Assembly: GCA_036380915.1 (NCBI GenBank)
Contig: DASVDU010000153.1
Coordinates: 15,590-47,589 of the forward strand
Source: Hyphomicrobiaceae bacterium
Lineage (GTDB): Bacteria; Pseudomonadota; Alphaproteobacteria; Rhizobiales; Hyphomicrobiaceae
Length of the DNA stretch: 32,000 bases
Direction: 5' to 3'
The notes under the pieces were generated by a model, which was given only the letters and a program-made list of their open reading frames with translations, searched no databases and was not told where the DNA came from. A program made the position numbers and the translations under genes. Shown one piece after another: positions 8,268 through 16,885 of the stretch; the stretch's first letter is position 1, and each line of letters begins with the position of its first letter.

Positions 8268-9263
8268 TCATTTGACCAGCCAACCCTCCTTCTCGAACAC
8301 CTGCTTGTTCTTGGCTTCGTCGTCGGCAATGAACTTGGCGAGCTCGTCGCCGGACATGAAGCGTGCGGTCTGCACCGTGCGGGTGACGTACTCTTTCCAC
8401 TCTGGTGTCTCGCTCACCTTCTTGAAAAGCTCCGTGTAGAAGGCGACCGCGTCGGCAGGCACGTTGGCCGGCAGCCAGATCGTGCGCGGCATCTGGAAGC
8501 TATCGATCGGAATGCCTTCATCCTTGCAGAGCGGGATGTCCGACCAGCCCATGTCGCCCGTGACCTTCGGGCCCTCGGGCAGACGGGTCGGGCTAAACAC
8601 GCACAGCGGACGGACCTGGCCTGCTTTCCACTGGCCAATGTTCTCGTTCGGGTTGTTCGTATTGGAATCGATATGGCCGCCGGCGAGCTGTACCGCTGCG
8701 AGGCCGCCGCCGTTGAAGGGCACGTAGATGAATTTCGCGCCAGTCGCGGATTCGATAAGGCTCACCAGCGTCTGGTCCGTATCCTTCGACTGGCTGCCGC
8801 CCATCTTCAGAGTTTCGGGTTTGGCCTTGGCGGCGGCGATGTAGTCTTTGGCCGTCTTATATTCCGAGCCGGCATTGACCCACAGCAGGAATTCATCGAG
8901 CGCCATGGCGGCGACGGGCGTCAGATCCGACATCTTGAACGCCACGTTGGCGACGTAAGGCAGAAGATAGGCGTTGTTGGTGCCGAAGATCACCTTATGT
9001 GGATCCCCGGCCGCACCGCGCGCATAAATATAGCCTTCAGCTCCGCTGCCGCCGCCCTTGTTGGTGACGATGATCGCTTCATCGAGGAGCTTGTTCTTGG
9101 TGATGGCCGACTGAACGACGCGAGCGAAGTTGTCCGTGCCGCCGCCGGCCCCGGCAGTCACGACGAACTCGATCGATTTCGTCGGCTCCCAGGCGTGAGC
9201 CGCCGGAACACCGAGCATCGATACTGCGGCAGCAATACCGATCAATTGGCGAACGTGGAGCAT
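8268..9263 (-). CDS. tctC: TTT periplasmic substrate-binding protein (TctC/Bug family)
   Basis: Signal peptide MLHVRQLIGIAAAVSMLGVPAAHA, then the Bug-family block EFVVTAGAGGGTDNFARV. The ATG at 9263 has AGAGGA 8 nt upstream. The alternative ATG at 9290 has no SD. Confidence 0.9.
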   Translation of the reverse strand: MLHVRQLIGIAAAVSMLGVPAAHAWEPTKSIEFVVTAGAGGGTDNFARVVQSAITKNKLLDEAIIVTNKGGGSGAEGYIYARGAAGDPHKVIFGTNNAYLLPYVANVAFKMSDLTPVAAMALDEFLLWVNAGSEYKTAKDYIAAAKAKPETLKMGGSQSKDTDQTLVSLIESATGAKFIYVPFNGGGLAAVQLAGGHIDSNTNNPNENIGQWKAGQVRPLCVFSPTRLPEGPKVTGDMGWSDIPLCKDEGIPIDSFQMPRTIWLPANVPADAVAFYTELFKKVSETPEWKEYVTRTVQTARFMSGDELAKFIADDEAKNKQVFEKEGWLVK

Positions 9264-9338
9264 CTCCCATTTCCTCTTCAGGTTGATCATTGTTGCAGCT
9301 GTTGGATCAGCCGTCGCTTGGACTTGGGCTCAAGATCT

Positions 9339-10376
9339 TCACGCAGCTTTTGCATCCGGACGGTGTCGGTTCCCCGCCATCTCGATGGCTAGGAGCAGCG
9401 CCGTCCGGCTGGCGCCGAGGTCGGCGATCCCCTTGCCGGCGATGTCGTAGGCCGTGCCGTGCGCCGGCGTGCAGATGGGGAACGGTAATCCGCCGATCAG
9501 GGTGACGCCCCGGTCGAAGCCCATGAGCTTCATCGCGATCTGCCCCTGATCGTGATACATGGTGAGAACGGCGTCGAAGTCGCCCTTTCTTGCGCGCAGA
9601 AACACCGTGTCTGATGGATAAGGGCCCTTGGCGTCGATGCCCATCTGCTGCGCTTTTGTAACTGCCGGTCCGATGATGTCGATTTCCTCGCGGCCGAAGA
9701 TGCCGCCGTCGCCCGCATGCGGATTGAGCCCTGCGACGGCAATGCGCGGATGCGTGAAGCCGGCTGCACGCAGGGACGAGTGGGTCAGTTCGAGTGAGCC
9801 GAGGATGCGCTCTTGCGTTATGGCGCTTGCCACCTTGCTCAACGGAATATGCGACGTGACGCGCGCATTCCAGAGTTTGCCCAGGATGTTGAACTCGCTC
9901 GCCGGCCCATCGTAGCCGGTCACGTCGCGCACGAAGCGAATTTCGTCGTCGTAGCCGGGATAGGCGAGCCGCATGGCCGCCTTATTGAAGGGCGTGAAGA
10001 ACACCGCGCCCGCCTTTCCGGCAGCCGCGAGCTGCAGGGCACGGCGGAAATTCTCGCTGGCGAATTTGCCGCCTGCGACCGTCGCCGTGCGCGGGGTGAC
10101 ATCGGCGGGGTCGAGACTGCGAAGGTCGACGAAAATCGGCCGGGTCGCATCGGCAGGAATCGCGTCCTCAGCCGTCACGACGTGCACGTCCGGGTCGACG
10201 CCTGCGACCGCCGCTCCCATCTCGAGAATGCGCTTGTCCCCGAAAACGACGAGCCTGGCCTTCGCCCGGATCTCCGGGTCCGCGATCAGGCGCGCGCTCA
10301 GCTCAGGACTGATCCCGGCGGGATCACCGATTGCGAATGCGATGGTGGGCTGAACATCGCCGCTGCCGGATTGCAT
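9339..10376 (-). CDS. PdxA-family NAD(P)-dependent dehydrogenase (4-hydroxythreonine-4-phosphate dehydrogenase-like; substrate unknown)
   Basis: Motifs IAFAIGDPAGISPE, GLNPHAGDGG, MYHDQGQIA and TPAHGTAYDIAGKGIA match the PdxA/PdxA2 family. The ATG at 10376 is preceded by GGAAGGGG. First gene of the pdxA-like-tctCBA operon. Confidence 0.9.
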   Translation of the reverse strand: MQSGSGDVQPTIAFAIGDPAGISPELSARLIADPEIRAKARLVVFGDKRILEMGAAVAGVDPDVHVVTAEDAIPADATRPIFVDLRSLDPADVTPRTATVAGGKFASENFRRALQLAAAGKAGAVFFTPFNKAAMRLAYPGYDDEIRFVRDVTGYDGPASEFNILGKLWNARVTSHIPLSKVASAITQERILGSLELTHSSLRAAGFTHPRIAVAGLNPHAGDGGIFGREEIDIIGPAVTKAQQMGIDAKGPYPSDTVFLRARKGDFDAVLTMYHDQGQIAMKLMGFDRGVTLIGGLPFPICTPAHGTAYDIAGKGIADLGASRTALLLAIEMAGNRHRPDAKAA

Positions 10377-10449
10377 TTGGCCCCTTCCTGGCGGTTCCAG
10401 TGTTGCTGTCCCGGCGAGTATATGGGGGCCGTCTTGCGATTCAAGTATT

Positions 10450-10466
10450 TTGTATGCAGAATGCAA
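10450..10466. promoter_or_regulatory. Candidate GntR-type operator (imperfect palindrome TTGTATGCAGAATGCAA) in the divergent intergenic region
   Basis: 6 of 8 symmetric positions pair around a central A. It contains the direct repeat ATGCA-GA-ATGCA. It lies in the only AT-rich patch between the pdxA-like start (10376) and the gntR start (10529). FadR/GntR operators are short palindromes with a GT...AC core. Confidence 0.3.
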
Positions 10467-10528
10467 CGAGGCTCACTGAACAACAGGCGCGCAGCAGGGG
10501 GTCTTTGAAGCCGCCGCAGGAGGTTGGC

Positions 10529-11230
10529 ATGAGCGAGGACCCGTCGGGTGACATCCGGCCGTCGGCGGCCGACGGCATGGAAGGCATGCTGCCGATCGCG
10601 CGCCGGACGCTGCATGACGAGGTCGTGGAGCGTTTACGCGATCTCATCATTCAAGGTCGGCTTGCGCCCGGCACACGGATCAACGAGGTCCAGGTGGGGG
10701 CGCTGCTCGGCGTCTCGCGCACCCCGCTGCGCGAAGCCATCAAGACGCTGGCACGGGAGGGGCTGGTCGAGAACGTGCCCTCACGGGGCGCCGTCGTGCG
10801 GCGCTTCAGCGAGGCCGACGTCGCACAGATCCACGAAGTGCTGAAGACTTTGGAGCAGCTTGCGGCGCGGCTCGCTTGTGAGCGTGCGGACGATGAGACA
10901 ATCACCCACATTCACCGGCTGCACCAGCGCATGCTCGAATTCTATCGCAACGGAAACCGGCTCGAATACTTCAAGCTCAATCAGGCCATTCATACCGCGA
11001 TCGTTCGGGCTTCCGGGAATGCTGCGCTCGCCGAAACGCATGAGCTGCTGCAAGCCAGGATCAGGCGGGTCCGCTACACGGGAAATGACACGCCATCGCA
11101 GTGGGCAGGCGCGGTCGCGGAGCACGAGGAAATGATCGAGGCGCTCATCGCGCGCGATGGCGAGCGCCTGGCCAATGTCATGGCCCGCCATCTCGATGAG
11201 ACGATGAGCCGGGTGCGCGATGCGTTATGA
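10529..11230 (+). CDS. GntR-family transcriptional regulator with FCD ligand-binding domain
   Basis: The ATG at 10529 is preceded by GGAGG. The N-terminal wHTH is LHDEVVERLRDLIIQGRLAPGTRINEVQVGALLGVSRTPLREAIKTLAREGLV. The C-terminal all-helical FCD-like part contains H residues (EHEEMIEAL). Divergent from the pdxA-like/tct operon. Confidence 0.9.
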   Translation: MSEDPSGDIRPSAADGMEGMLPIARRTLHDEVVERLRDLIIQGRLAPGTRINEVQVGALLGVSRTPLREAIKTLAREGLVENVPSRGAVVRRFSEADVAQIHEVLKTLEQLAARLACERADDETITHIHRLHQRMLEFYRNGNRLEYFKLNQAIHTAIVRASGNAALAETHELLQARIRRVRYTGNDTPSQWAGAVAEHEEMIEALIARDGERLANVMARHLDETMSRVRDAL

Positions 11231-11267
11231 AGCATCGGCGTGATATCAGGTTTGCAATCCTGCGTCA

Positions 11268-13058
11268 TTATCCGGCGCCGCTGTCATCTGGGCGACGCTC
11301 TCGCCGGCTCTCTTGCTCAGTTTGGCGGACAAGCCAGGCCCGGGCATCTTCAATGGCTTCTCTCGTCGACTCGCCGATGATCGGAGTGAGCTCATAGCCC
11401 CTTATTGGATCGGACAGACGAAGCCTGCCTTCCTCGACGAGCTGTTCGAACGTCCTCCGATGGAGGCCGGTCACGTAAAGCCGGCCGTTTCGCGCGTTCA
11501 ACTCAGCCGCATATCTGGAAAGCACGTGGGCGAGAGTGGCGCCGACATTCGGCTGGCCTCTCAGGCGAAGGATGACGACCGGATTTTGGGCGCCGTTCGG
11601 TCTGGGAAGCTGCCGACTGAGAATTGCGGCCCCCGCATAAAACAAATGCCCATACACATAGAGCACCGTCACGGCGTTGCTTGGAAGGCGCTTGGCCGGC
11701 TTCCGCTCAGCGATCTCCCCGTCGGGTCGCAAATACTGCTCGACGAGCAGAACATCTATGGAAGAGCGGTATATGTAGATCAGGGCTGAAAGCACGGCCC
11801 CGAATCCCACTGCGGCCTGCAGCGGCAGGAACAGTGTGGCGATGAAGGTCGAGGCAGTCACGAGCCGCGGCGGCCCGCCGACCTGCCAGATCAACCTGAT
11901 GTCCATTGGTCTAATCGCCTTAATCCCGGCGAAGATGAGAATGCCAGCGAGGGAGGGCAGGGCGATATAGGATATCGGGCCCGCCAATATCACCACGAGA
12001 GCTGCCATCCAGACTCCCGCAAATATGACTGACCAGCGCGTCCGCGCCCCGGACGCCACGTTGATGGCAGTCGCCCCTAGAGAACCGCCCACTGGTATTC
12101 CATGCAAAAATCCGGATGCCACGTTGGCGGTGCCTTGAACAACGAAATCGCGCGACGCTCGGCTCCGAGATCCGTCCGGGTTCGGCACGCTCTGGCTGAT
12201 CCCAGAGCTCTGCACCAATGCAACCGCGGCGATCGCGAGTGCTCCGGTGACAAGCTCGAATGTAACGTCGAACGGTGACGGTACCTCGAAGTCCGGAAAG
12301 CCGTTGCCGATCTCGCCGATGTTCCGGACGAGCTTTACGTCCAAGCCGAAAAGATAAGTGACACCGGACGGAACGAGAATGGCGATGAACGTACCAATGC
12401 TGCCGAGACCAATATTCGGGAGAACGAGCGCCAGAAACAATGTCAGAGCGGCCAACCCGAGCGTCGGCAAATGCACCTGGTCCAAATTGGCCAGCAGATC
12501 CAACGTTTGCGTCACCCTGTTCTGACCGATCGGTTCATAGCCGGTCGCGTTGGGTAGCTGACTGAGCACAAGCAGCACGGAAATGCCGGCCAGAAATCCG
12601 GCCATCACGGAATAGGACACGAATCGGGTCAATCGGCCCATTCGCAGCAGGCCGAACGAGATCTGTGCCAGGCCGACCAGAACAACCAGCACGACGAGGA
12701 TCACATCGCGCTCCTGGGCGGACAGGGCAGACAGCACCTGGCCCGCCATAAGTGAGACGGCGCTGGTCGTGGTGGTCACCATAAGGTGGGTGCTGGAGAA
12801 AAGGCCGCCAACGATCGGCCCAAGGATGCAAGCGTAGAGGCCGTAGACCGGATTGACGCCGACAAGCAAGCCGTTCGCCATCCCGTCAGGTACGCTACTG
12901 ATCGCAGTATTCAGCCCGGCAATTCCGTCATGCCAAGGTCGAGGGGGCCCTGGCGCGCGCTTTCGAGCGCAGTTCGCCACGGCTTCGCGCAGATGTGCGA
13001 GGCCCGGCTGGTCAAGCTCCGTTTCCCTCTCGAGGACCTTCTTCAGCTTTCGTGCCAT
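11268..13058 (-). CDS. SulP-family anion (sulfate/bicarbonate-type) permease with C-terminal STAS domain
   Basis: 596 aa. The N-terminal block GLNTAISSVPDGMANGLLVGVNPVYGLYA is followed by many TM segments. The C-terminal STAS-like part is VTVLYVYGHLFYAGAAILS...VVILRLRG. Confidence 0.9.
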   Translation of the reverse strand: MARKLKKVLERETELDQPGLAHLREAVANCARKRAPGPPRPWHDGIAGLNTAISSVPDGMANGLLVGVNPVYGLYACILGPIVGGLFSSTHLMVTTTTSAVSLMAGQVLSALSAQERDVILVVLVVLVGLAQISFGLLRMGRLTRFVSYSVMAGFLAGISVLLVLSQLPNATGYEPIGQNRVTQTLDLLANLDQVHLPTLGLAALTLFLALVLPNIGLGSIGTFIAILVPSGVTYLFGLDVKLVRNIGEIGNGFPDFEVPSPFDVTFELVTGALAIAAVALVQSSGISQSVPNPDGSRSRASRDFVVQGTANVASGFLHGIPVGGSLGATAINVASGARTRWSVIFAGVWMAALVVILAGPISYIALPSLAGILIFAGIKAIRPMDIRLIWQVGGPPRLVTASTFIATLFLPLQAAVGFGAVLSALIYIYRSSIDVLLVEQYLRPDGEIAERKPAKRLPSNAVTVLYVYGHLFYAGAAILSRQLPRPNGAQNPVVILRLRGQPNVGATLAHVLSRYAAELNARNGRLYVTGLHRRTFEQLVEEGRLRLSDPIRGYELTPIIGESTREAIEDARAWLVRQTEQESRRERRPDDSGAG

Positions 13059-13126
13059 CGGAGACCGCTATCGAGATCGCGTCCGTTCAGAACTCCGCAA
13101 AAGCTGGACTAGCCAGAAGCAGCCTG

Positions 13127-13692
13127 TCACTCGAGCTTGATCCGGATGGTCTGAACGCCCTCCTCCACCTTGACGTCCAACACGCGAGTCTCGTTCTCGT
13201 AAGGCACGACGCTGATGTTGCCATTCCGCTCCATATAAGCCCGCCGAATCCTCTTCGGATCGGTATGACCGGATTGCAGCCGGAGCGCCTCGTTGAGGTC
13301 TCTGGGGGTCAAATTCACGCTTTGCATTCCGTCTTCTTGCACCACGCCGTCCTTGATCAGCAAAACAGGCTCGCCTTTCACGACGGGGCCGAATATGGAA
13401 GTGTGATAGGCAATGAAAGCGAACAGCCAGTGCAGTCCAACCAGCACCAATCCTGCAACCATTGTGGGGAGGAACAGCGCCGACCCGTTGACGGTTCGAC
13501 TCAGGATCGATCCCAGCATGATACCGACAATGACGTCAAAAGCCGTGGCCTGACTTACAAAGCGCCTGCTCGCAACGCGCACCAACGCCAGCGACGCGAG
13601 GTAGACGATCGCAGTCCGACGGCCACTTCAGCCGAGTTCAGATCAGCGGGCTCCCGGCCGACTCCAAAGAACCACTGAACTTGATCCCACAC
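13127..13692 (-). pseudogene. DUF421 (YetF-like) membrane protein gene with an apparent -1/+1 frameshift near its 5' end
   Basis: The body (13127..13585, TTG-initiated in the track) carries the DUF421 pattern VSQATAFDVIVGIMLGS and the C-terminal domain. The in-frame upstream codons (...RRTAIVYLASLAL) supply the missing first TM helix but run into a TGA at 13628-13630 with no start codon. A neighbouring frame reads GTG(13692)-WDQVQWFFGVGREPADLNSAEVAVG up to about 13615. Confidence 0.55.
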
Positions 13693-13810
13693 TGTCAGGA
13701 GCACGCGCGCTCCTCGGTCGGTAGCCGGCGTCATTCGACAGCGATTGAGCCGGAACGCTTTTTCACCAAATCGGTATCGCTCTGGTTGTCAGTGTCTGTG
13801 GCACATCGTT

Positions 13811-15505
13811 TCACGTCTTGGCCTTTGCTTTCACTCGACGGGGGCGTGCTTTGCGAGGTTTGCTGTATATCACCTTCCGCGTGCCAAACAGATCGAGATC
13901 GAAAGGCACCCGATCTTCGCCGATTTCGTGCTGAATCAGGGCATTCATCTTGTCGAGCATCCGTTCGACAATAACCGGGTCATAACCAGGATGATCCGGG
14001 TGTCCGATGTTCTCCATTTCGCCCGGATCTTTCACGAGATCGTGCAGCGTAACGTCGCTGCGGGCGTAAAGTTCGCCGAGCGTGAAGGGAAGATCGTATT
14101 CGAGCGGGCTGAACCAACGCACCATCTTGTATCGGCCATCGACAACGGCGCGAAAGAATGTGCGATTCGTGAAATCCGGAGCGCCATAGAGGCGACGGAC
14201 TTGCTTTGGATCGGCCTTGCCCAAGGGGCCTTCATCAAGATCGGTCAGCGCCTGGAGTGCCCCCGACAGAGCCCAGTTTACATCGAGTGAATGGAGCGCG
14301 TCCCAGCACACGAGAGCGCCGTCGCCAGGCACATCAGCACTGCCCCGCGGTCCATGCGACTGCGGATTCATAATGGCACTGCGCAAACTGCGCCCCTTCA
14401 GGTGCGGATAGCGGGCCTTAACCTCATCCGGGGCGAGTCCGGCGAACTCCAGGATCGTCGGCACAAGATCGAGATGCGATCCGACGGCAATGGTGCGCTT
14501 TCCTTTCGGCCCGCCGGGCACGCAGACTGTCAGATTCACGATTGTGGCTTCGTCAAAATGGATTGCCCCCTTCTGCGTCATGCGGTGTGCGCAATTCATT
14601 TCGCCATGATCGCTTAAGAAAATCACAATCGTATCTTTCCAAAGATCCAGCCGGTCCATGGCAGCGAGGACTTTGCTGAATTCAGCGTCGACGAGGCGCA
14701 TGCAGTTGATGAGATAGTTGCGCCGTTTCAACCAAAGATCCGTTCGCTCATCCGGAACGCGACCGTAATTCTGGTCGATGAACTCCTTGTAGTGGTGCAC
14801 GCCGAATGGCTGCAGCCGATAATCGTCATCGAAGTTGTCCGGCATCTCGACTGGCCACTCCTTCTCGAACCAGCCCAGGCGCTGCACGGTCGACTGCAGG
14901 CCCTTGATCATCCCGTTTTCATCGGGCGCCTCGATCGGGTCCGTTTGCAGGAACATGATGTCGTGCGGATTGATAAGGCTGCAGATGAGCAGCCAGGGTT
15001 GGTCGAGCTCGGCACGCTTGTGCTCCAGCCAGTCGATGGTCTCGAAGGTGGCAGCACCGTCGAGCATGGCGCCTTGGAGCGGAGCGCCAAACATTTCGCC
15101 CCATTGCTGATAATCGGAAAAGCCGTAACGCTCGAGCGCATCTTCGCTCTTCGGCACCGCGGAGACATGCCATTTTCCCTTGAAGGCGGTGTAGTAGCCC
15201 TGCTCGCGCAGAAGGTGGCCGATCGTCGGAAAGTCCTGGCTTAGTTCATCGATCCAGGCAAAGTTCGTATTATCCGATAGTCCCACTTGCTTTGCGTGCA
15301 CGCCCGTCCACATTGCCGCGCGCGATGGCGTGCAGAGGGGCACTGCACAGTATTGCCGGTCGAAGCTGACGCCCTCTGCCTTCAGGCGCTGCATCGCCGG
15401 GAACTCCACCTCCTTGGGCGCCCGCATGTGTGTGTCCCACTGATCCATGCACAGGATCAGAAAGTTCGGGCGATCATTGCGCGTTTTTCTCTTGGTTCTG
15501 GCCAT
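13811..15505 (-). CDS. Sulfatase-family (formylglycine-dependent) sulfuric ester hydrolase, no signal peptide
   Basis: 564 aa. PNFLILCMDQW...PLCTPSRAAMWTG contains the C-x-P-x-R sulfatase signature. Later blocks IFLSDHGE and the alkaline-phosphatase-like core are present. The N-terminus MARTKRKTRNDRPN is not a Sec or Tat signal. AGGAGGAG RBS. Confidence 0.9.
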   Translation of the reverse strand: MARTKRKTRNDRPNFLILCMDQWDTHMRAPKEVEFPAMQRLKAEGVSFDRQYCAVPLCTPSRAAMWTGVHAKQVGLSDNTNFAWIDELSQDFPTIGHLLREQGYYTAFKGKWHVSAVPKSEDALERYGFSDYQQWGEMFGAPLQGAMLDGAATFETIDWLEHKRAELDQPWLLICSLINPHDIMFLQTDPIEAPDENGMIKGLQSTVQRLGWFEKEWPVEMPDNFDDDYRLQPFGVHHYKEFIDQNYGRVPDERTDLWLKRRNYLINCMRLVDAEFSKVLAAMDRLDLWKDTIVIFLSDHGEMNCAHRMTQKGAIHFDEATIVNLTVCVPGGPKGKRTIAVGSHLDLVPTILEFAGLAPDEVKARYPHLKGRSLRSAIMNPQSHGPRGSADVPGDGALVCWDALHSLDVNWALSGALQALTDLDEGPLGKADPKQVRRLYGAPDFTNRTFFRAVVDGRYKMVRWFSPLEYDLPFTLGELYARSDVTLHDLVKDPGEMENIGHPDHPGYDPVIVERMLDKMNALIQHEIGEDRVPFDLDLFGTRKVIYSKPRKARPRRVKAKAKT

Positions 15506-15536
15506 CCAATCTTTTCTCCTCCTGAACGCAGGCCGT

Positions 15537-16415
15537 TTAACCTCGTCCCGTCAGTCTTCGATCGTAGAGATCCCGGATATGTGTGTCGGCGCGTTTTCTC
15601 TGCAGGCGCCAAGCCGTCGGGAATAGAATGGCTATGCCGATCACCGAACTGACGATAACTGTTGCCAGGGTATCGGGATCGTCTATGCTCTGGGTCGCAA
15701 CCACAGTTGCCGCCGAGACATTGCGCTGACCTGTGCCGAGCGCCAGAATATTGTGGCTCGCCGGGTCGCGGCCTCCCAGCAAAAAGCCAATTGCATAAGC
15801 GCCCGCTGTCAGGATCGTCGCGGCCAGTATCGCGCCTGATCCGAAAAGGCCAACGACTTCACGGAAGTTGACGATGAGTGTGAAGGAGACCATCGCAACG
15901 AGCGCAATGCTTCCCAGTGTGCCCATCAAAGGCCGAAGGCGCTGAGCCGACCGCGGCAGCCAAGCTCTTGCGAGCAGGCCGATGCCCAGCGGCAGGAGCA
16001 TTGCCAATACCAGCGGTTTTGCGATCGCAGCGGCATCAACCGTGACTGCAGGCACGACCAGGGGCATCATGGTGGGCAGGTAGAGAATGGTGAACGGAAG
16101 CAGCAGAACGAGCAGACTTGCCGCCAAACCGACATCGTGATCGGCCGCTTCCGTAAGCTTGATCAGAAAAGGTGCCCCTCCAGCCATGCCGAGCAGCATG
16201 AGGCCGATCGCTATCGGCTCGTCCAATGACAGCCAATGCACAATGGCCAAAGCCAAGATCGGAACCAGCACGAAATTGGCGATCAGCGCGCGTGCTACTT
16301 TGCCCGCATCGCGAAAAGGATCGATAATCTCCTGCACGGTGTAGCCGAAACCCACCGAAAGCATGCTGGCTACACTGAAAACAAGAACGGATATGTCTAG
16401 CAGGCCGGACAGCAA
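15537..16415 (-). CDS. Bile acid:Na+ symporter (BASS/SBF) family transporter
   Basis: 292 aa with about 9-10 TM segments. The blocks ALIANFVLVPILALAI and GLMLLGMAGGAPF are typical of SBF-like transporters. Its stop lies 31 nt upstream of the sulfatase start, so an operon is likely. Confidence 0.8.
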   Translation of the reverse strand: MLSGLLDISVLVFSVASMLSVGFGYTVQEIIDPFRDAGKVARALIANFVLVPILALAIVHWLSLDEPIAIGLMLLGMAGGAPFLIKLTEAADHDVGLAASLLVLLLPFTILYLPTMMPLVVPAVTVDAAAIAKPLVLAMLLPLGIGLLARAWLPRSAQRLRPLMGTLGSIALVAMVSFTLIVNFREVVGLFGSGAILAATILTAGAYAIGFLLGGRDPASHNILALGTGQRNVSAATVVATQSIDDPDTLATVIVSSVIGIAILFPTAWRLQRKRADTHIRDLYDRRLTGRG

Positions 16416-16578
16416 AACAATTCGACCGTCTCAAGTTGGTCAGCGAAACGTGCCGGCAGTTGGGGAGTTCCAAGGCCTAACAGACTAGCCCCAGCTCGGT
16501 TGGAGCCGCCCCAGGCAACGAGAGGCGGGGCGGGCTCGACCAGATCACGGCTCCACAACCGCTCGATCGCGATCGTCA

Positions 16579-16823
16579 AAATCGCAGTTGCACCTCCGCG
16601 TCAATAAACTTGACCGTATTCGATGGCCCGGTCTCCTCGATGAAGCGACCGGGCTCGAATACGGAGAAAGCGGCTCCGATGTCGACACCGCGGGCCGGCG
16701 ACCAGGCGAGCACCACCTCGCTTTGCGTGCCGATCTAACGGGCTTTGCTGTCGCCCGATGCCCGGAGCAGGTTCCCGGGCCCCGGTAGACGCCGTCTTTC
16801 AGGCTTTCGCGCCAGAAGAACAC
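16579..16823 (-). pseudogene. Remnant of an outer-membrane beta-barrel gene (alginate-export/AlgE-like C-terminus), interrupted and 5'-truncated
   Basis: My own minus-strand translation reads ...GNLLRASGDSKAR*IGTQSEVVLAWSPARGVDIGAAFSVFEPGRFIEETGPSNTVKFIDAEVQLRF-stop (stop at 16576-16578). The ending in an aromatic residue and the FxPGxF..TG motif resemble alginate-export family C-termini. There is an in-frame TAG at about 16735-16737, and upstream sense continues only in another frame. There is no start and no N-terminal part. Confidence 0.35.
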
Positions 16824-16885
16824 GGATGAAATGCAGTCAAGCGCTGATGAGGCGAAGCCTTCGGCTACCGTACCGTCGGAGTAAT

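Noticed and set aside
7724-8329. Full-length 201-aa version of the tctB ORF. Similar long versions are 9339..10466 (pdxA-like), 10331..11230 (gntR), 485..766 (DUF2892), 20740..21081 (acpXL), 22570..24066, 24036..25145, 24857..26398 and 30771..31823.
   Set aside because: The upstream extensions overlap neighbouring genes or lack family similarity. Internal starts with SD-like sequences or start/stop overlaps give products of canonical length, so the shorter coordinates were reported.
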